From positions 15,196-79,195 of IMG/VR virus record IMGVR_UViG_3300044995_000369: a stretch of 64,000 nucleotides of DNA; one strand, written 5' to 3'. Below the pieces are notes generated by a model, which was given only the letters and a program-made list of their open reading frames with translations, ran no database searches and was not told the origin of the DNA. This DNA is from a virus. Position numbers and translations under genes: made by a program. Positions 61,777 to 64,000 of the stretch are shown in pieces (positions within the stretch are counted from its first letter, which is position 1; each line of letters starts with the position of its first letter).

Positions 61777-62379
61777 ATGCTGGAAACGACACTCCCATTC
61801 AGAAACTACAACTTCTTTGTAATTAATTTAATAAGCAGGCTAACAAAGGCTTTGCAAGATGGGTTAACTCCTGTGTTTCTTACAGTAGGAGGCATTAATC
61901 CTGACGAAAACGGTAATGGACCCGTGAGGATGAATATATTGGAGCAAGAGGATTTAGAAAGGTACAAAGAAAACACAAAAGAATACACTGCAATAATTAC
62001 GAACTTCATAGCGAACGCAAAGGGAAATTTGCAAGGATACAAGTACAAGTTTGTGTGCTACATTACAGATGTACGCGAAGTCGATTTGGAAGAACTTCCT
62101 GAGGAACTCGCAGAAGAAGCGAGAAACGGTGCGCAGGTAGAGATAGAATACCCTACAGATGTAGATTCTTTGCCGAAAATGAATGGAAGGAAATATATCC
62201 AGATTTACATAAGAGATAATACATCTCCAGAAAACATATGGAAGACTACCATACCTTCTACAATTGAATCAACAGACGAAAATACGATTGCTAAGTTCCA
62301 CTTCAAAGATATCAAAACGGAATTCATTGACATTGTAAAGTCTGACGTTCTTGATGCACTGACAAATGGGACTCTATAA
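61777..62379 (+). CDS. Hypothetical acidic protein
   Basis: 200-aa ORF. Confidence 0.7.
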   Translation: MLETTLPFRNYNFFVINLISRLTKALQDGLTPVFLTVGGINPDENGNGPVRMNILEQEDLERYKENTKEYTAIITNFIANAKGNLQGYKYKFVCYITDVREVDLEELPEELAEEARNGAQVEIEYPTDVDSLPKMNGRKYIQIYIRDNTSPENIWKTTIPSTIESTDENTIAKFHFKDIKTEFIDIVKSDVLDALTNGTL

Positions 62380-62632
62380 GAGAATATACACCTGGAGAGA
62401 AGCAGGGTCAAAAGAGTGCGACGGAAAGTACAGGAGGCTGTACAACCAAGAGAAGCAAAGAAATTTTTGGGATAGTGCTTCCTTTAGCGACGCTGGTAAT
62501 ACTAATCTAAACAATTGCCCTAGTGAAAGCAACAGGAAAGAGAGGTCTGAAAAGACAAAACTAAAGAGAAGTAGAAAAGGCAGCACGGCACTTGAGCAGC
62601 ATAGATCAAAAGAGCTTAACCAAAACTACTAA
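62366..62632 (+). CDS. Small hypothetical protein
   Basis: Fills the gap between plus-strand genes; weak support. Confidence 0.35.
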   Translation: MGLYKRIYTWREAGSKECDGKYRRLYNQEKQRNFWDSASFSDAGNTNLNNCPSESNRKERSEKTKLKRSRKGSTALEQHRSKELNQNY

Positions 62633-62960
62633 CAGAGTAAGGCAGAAAATGGTCAACACCAAACCAAGAACTGCACCATACTTCAGTGCTTTTATTACGT
62701 CCATGATTGATTATAACAAGCTAAGCATACACTCCAAGAAAAACAAAGGCAATGAGATAAGGAGATACAGGTTTTTGTACACTGATGTTAGCATACTTAT
62801 GGTGCCCTCATTTGAGGCAAACATACTGAAATTGTCACAAATACACCATTCCAAAGTGTATGGTGGGATACTGCTTTCAACCATGGCTATGTACGAGAGT
62901 GATGTACAAAGATCTTCTCAGATAGTAGACTTTCTGAAGGAAGATGCCTCACAAAATTAG
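62592..62960 (+). CDS. Hypothetical protein
   Basis: 122-aa ORF; start uncertain. Confidence 0.55.
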   Translation: MSSIDQKSLTKTTNRVRQKMVNTKPRTAPYFSAFITSMIDYNKLSIHSKKNKGNEIRRYRFLYTDVSILMVPSFEANILKLSQIHHSKVYGGILLSTMAMYESDVQRSSQIVDFLKEDASQN

Positions 62961-63013
62961 CATCAACTATTTCTACATAGAAATCAAAAGAACTTCCGCC
63001 GACAAGATTTGCA
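62944..63013 (+). pseudogene. Probable 5' fragment of a gene interrupted by the TnpB element
   Basis: GAAGGAAG-ATG at 62944 reads MPHKISINYFYIEIKRTSADKIC straight into the element's right end. Confidence 0.4.
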
Positions 63014-63200
63014 CTGACATACTCCTACGACTAAAGTCGTAGGGTTCTGAGGTTTGAGTCGTTCTGCTCAAGAGCCTCTTTGGGCAAAGTCAGATTGCCC
63101 TCAATACTATCTCTGTCTAGTATTGATTGAAATATGCCTAGATGTCTCAACCCAATCACGAACGAAGCATTGACATCAGCATTTTCAACGTGGCCACAGT
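62994..63200 (-). ncRNA. Predicted omegaRNA/reRNA of TnpB (scaffold over the tnpB 3' end plus flanking guide); 5' boundary approximate
   Basis: Established TnpB biology; the predicted guide starts around TGCAAATCTTGTCGGCGG just beyond the right end. Confidence 0.5.
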
Positions 63201-64000
63201 GTGGACACTTAAATAGTTTTCCTTTCCTTTCTCCCAAAAGTCCACATTTACTACATTGTTGACTTGTGTAACGTGGATCAATTTGGGTTACTCTAACACC
63301 ATTCAGCTTGGCCTTATACTGAATAAAGGTTTTCAGTTGATAGAACAGCCAACTGTGCAAGGTGTAGTTGAAGGATTTCCTGTGCTTTTTGTTATTCCTT
63401 ATCCCTTTCAAATCTTCTAGTACAATCTCTGCATTTTGTTCCTTTGCCTCCTTGACTATTTTAGAAGAGATTTTGTGGTTCAAGTCCTTAATTATTCTAG
63501 ACTCCTTGTTTGCTAACGACTTAATCTTTTTGAACTTCCTTTTCTTTTGCATTTGCTTCCGTATGTTTTTATATTTGTTCCTGACATGGGAAGCTTTCTT
63601 TCCTAGTTTCCAAACTTTTCCTGTGCTAGGATTAGTCATTACTGCTATGTGCTTTGTTGCATTAAGATCTATAGCCAAAACAGATGTTGGAGATGATTCT
63701 TCTTGCTCAGGAACTGTGCATGAAACATAAGCGAAGTCTTCGTCCATTTCTATCTGATTAATTTTAACCACTTGTTTTTCAAGATTTAAAACAGCTTTCA
63801 AGCACGGGATAGTGATAGTATTATTCTTGAATTTGATTGCTTGACTAGGTATTGTCAATTTGACTGACTTAACAGACTTTATGTTTCTGTTAGAAGAATA
63901 CTTTTTCAAGATTTGATTGGAAATAGCAGACTTTAGACCAAAATGTTTGACATCTTTAGAGGATCTCGACTTAGTTCTAACAGCAAATTCAGCAATTTGT
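63014..64000 (-). mobile_element. IS200/IS605-family (IS1341-like) element, right end and tnpB; left end outside the window
   Basis: Right-end hairpin CCTACGAC-TTTA-GTCGTAGG followed by AGTATGTCA(G), overlapping the tnpB stop codon. Confidence 0.85.
63031..64000 (-). CDS. tnpB: TnpB RNA-guided endonuclease (5'-truncated by the window edge)
   Basis: RuvC I AIDLN, RuvC II VLEDL, Zn finger CSKC/CPHC and RuvC III NADVNA. The frame stays open upstream of 63909 (QIAEFAVRTKSRSSKDVKHFGLKSAISNQI). Confidence 0.93.
   Translation of the reverse strand, partial: QIAEFAVRTKSRSSKDVKHFGLKSAISNQILKKYSSNRNIKSVKSVKLTIPSQAIKFKNNTITIPCLKAVLNLEKQVVKINQIEMDEDFAYVSCTVPEQEESSPTSVLAIDLNATKHIAVMTNPSTGKVWKLGKKASHVRNKYKNIRKQMQKKRKFKKIKSLANKESRIIKDLNHKISSKIVKEAKEQNAEIVLEDLKGIRNNKKHRKSFNYTLHSWLFYQLKTFIQYKAKLNGVRVTQIDPRYTSQQCSKCGLLGERKGKLFKCPHCGHVENADVNASFVIGLRHLGIFQSILDRDSIEGNLTLPKEALEQNDSNLRTLRL

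Noticed and set aside
62994-63013. Second target of the TnpB guide inside the window
   Set aside because: No convincing match was found by eye beyond a short seed near 22570; an exhaustive search was not possible.
1-64000. Stop-codon reassignment, tRNA genes, or an eCIS/tailocin interpretation
   Set aside because: Genes tile densely in the standard code, no tRNA signatures were noticed by eye, and capsid, portal, terminase and polymerase genes indicate a true phage.

Overview
This window is about 64 kb of an AT-rich, large myovirus-type dsDNA phage (or phage-plasmid) genome read in the standard code. Most of 1-55.7 kb is a minus-strand virion block. In transcription order it runs: candidate small terminase, giant DEDDh-like protein, large terminase with a class 3-type mini-intein, portal, prohead protease/scaffold, head protein, major capsid, neck proteins, tail sheath, three tail-tube-fold proteins, a 2729-aa protein, an EEP nuclease with a CBM-like insert, two chaperone-like genes and two giant tape-measure/ejection-like ORFs. 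The last of these is missing from the ORF track and runs off the left edge. A plus-strand recombination/repair cassette (recA with a LAGLIDADG intein, UDG family 4, a Rad52/Sak-like protein and a Cas4-like nuclease) splits the tail module. The right part holds a family-B DNA polymerase, small hypotheticals and a TnpB (IS200/IS605-type) element that appears to interrupt a phage gene. The most notable observations are: several probable virion proteins carrying nuclease-fold domains; a Glu-initiated class 3 intein; an apparent split between leaderless and Shine-Dalgarno-led late genes; a recurring E-x-N motif in the scaffold; and an orphan IS-end-like palindrome in the head operon. All assignments come from motif reading by eye; no database searches were run.
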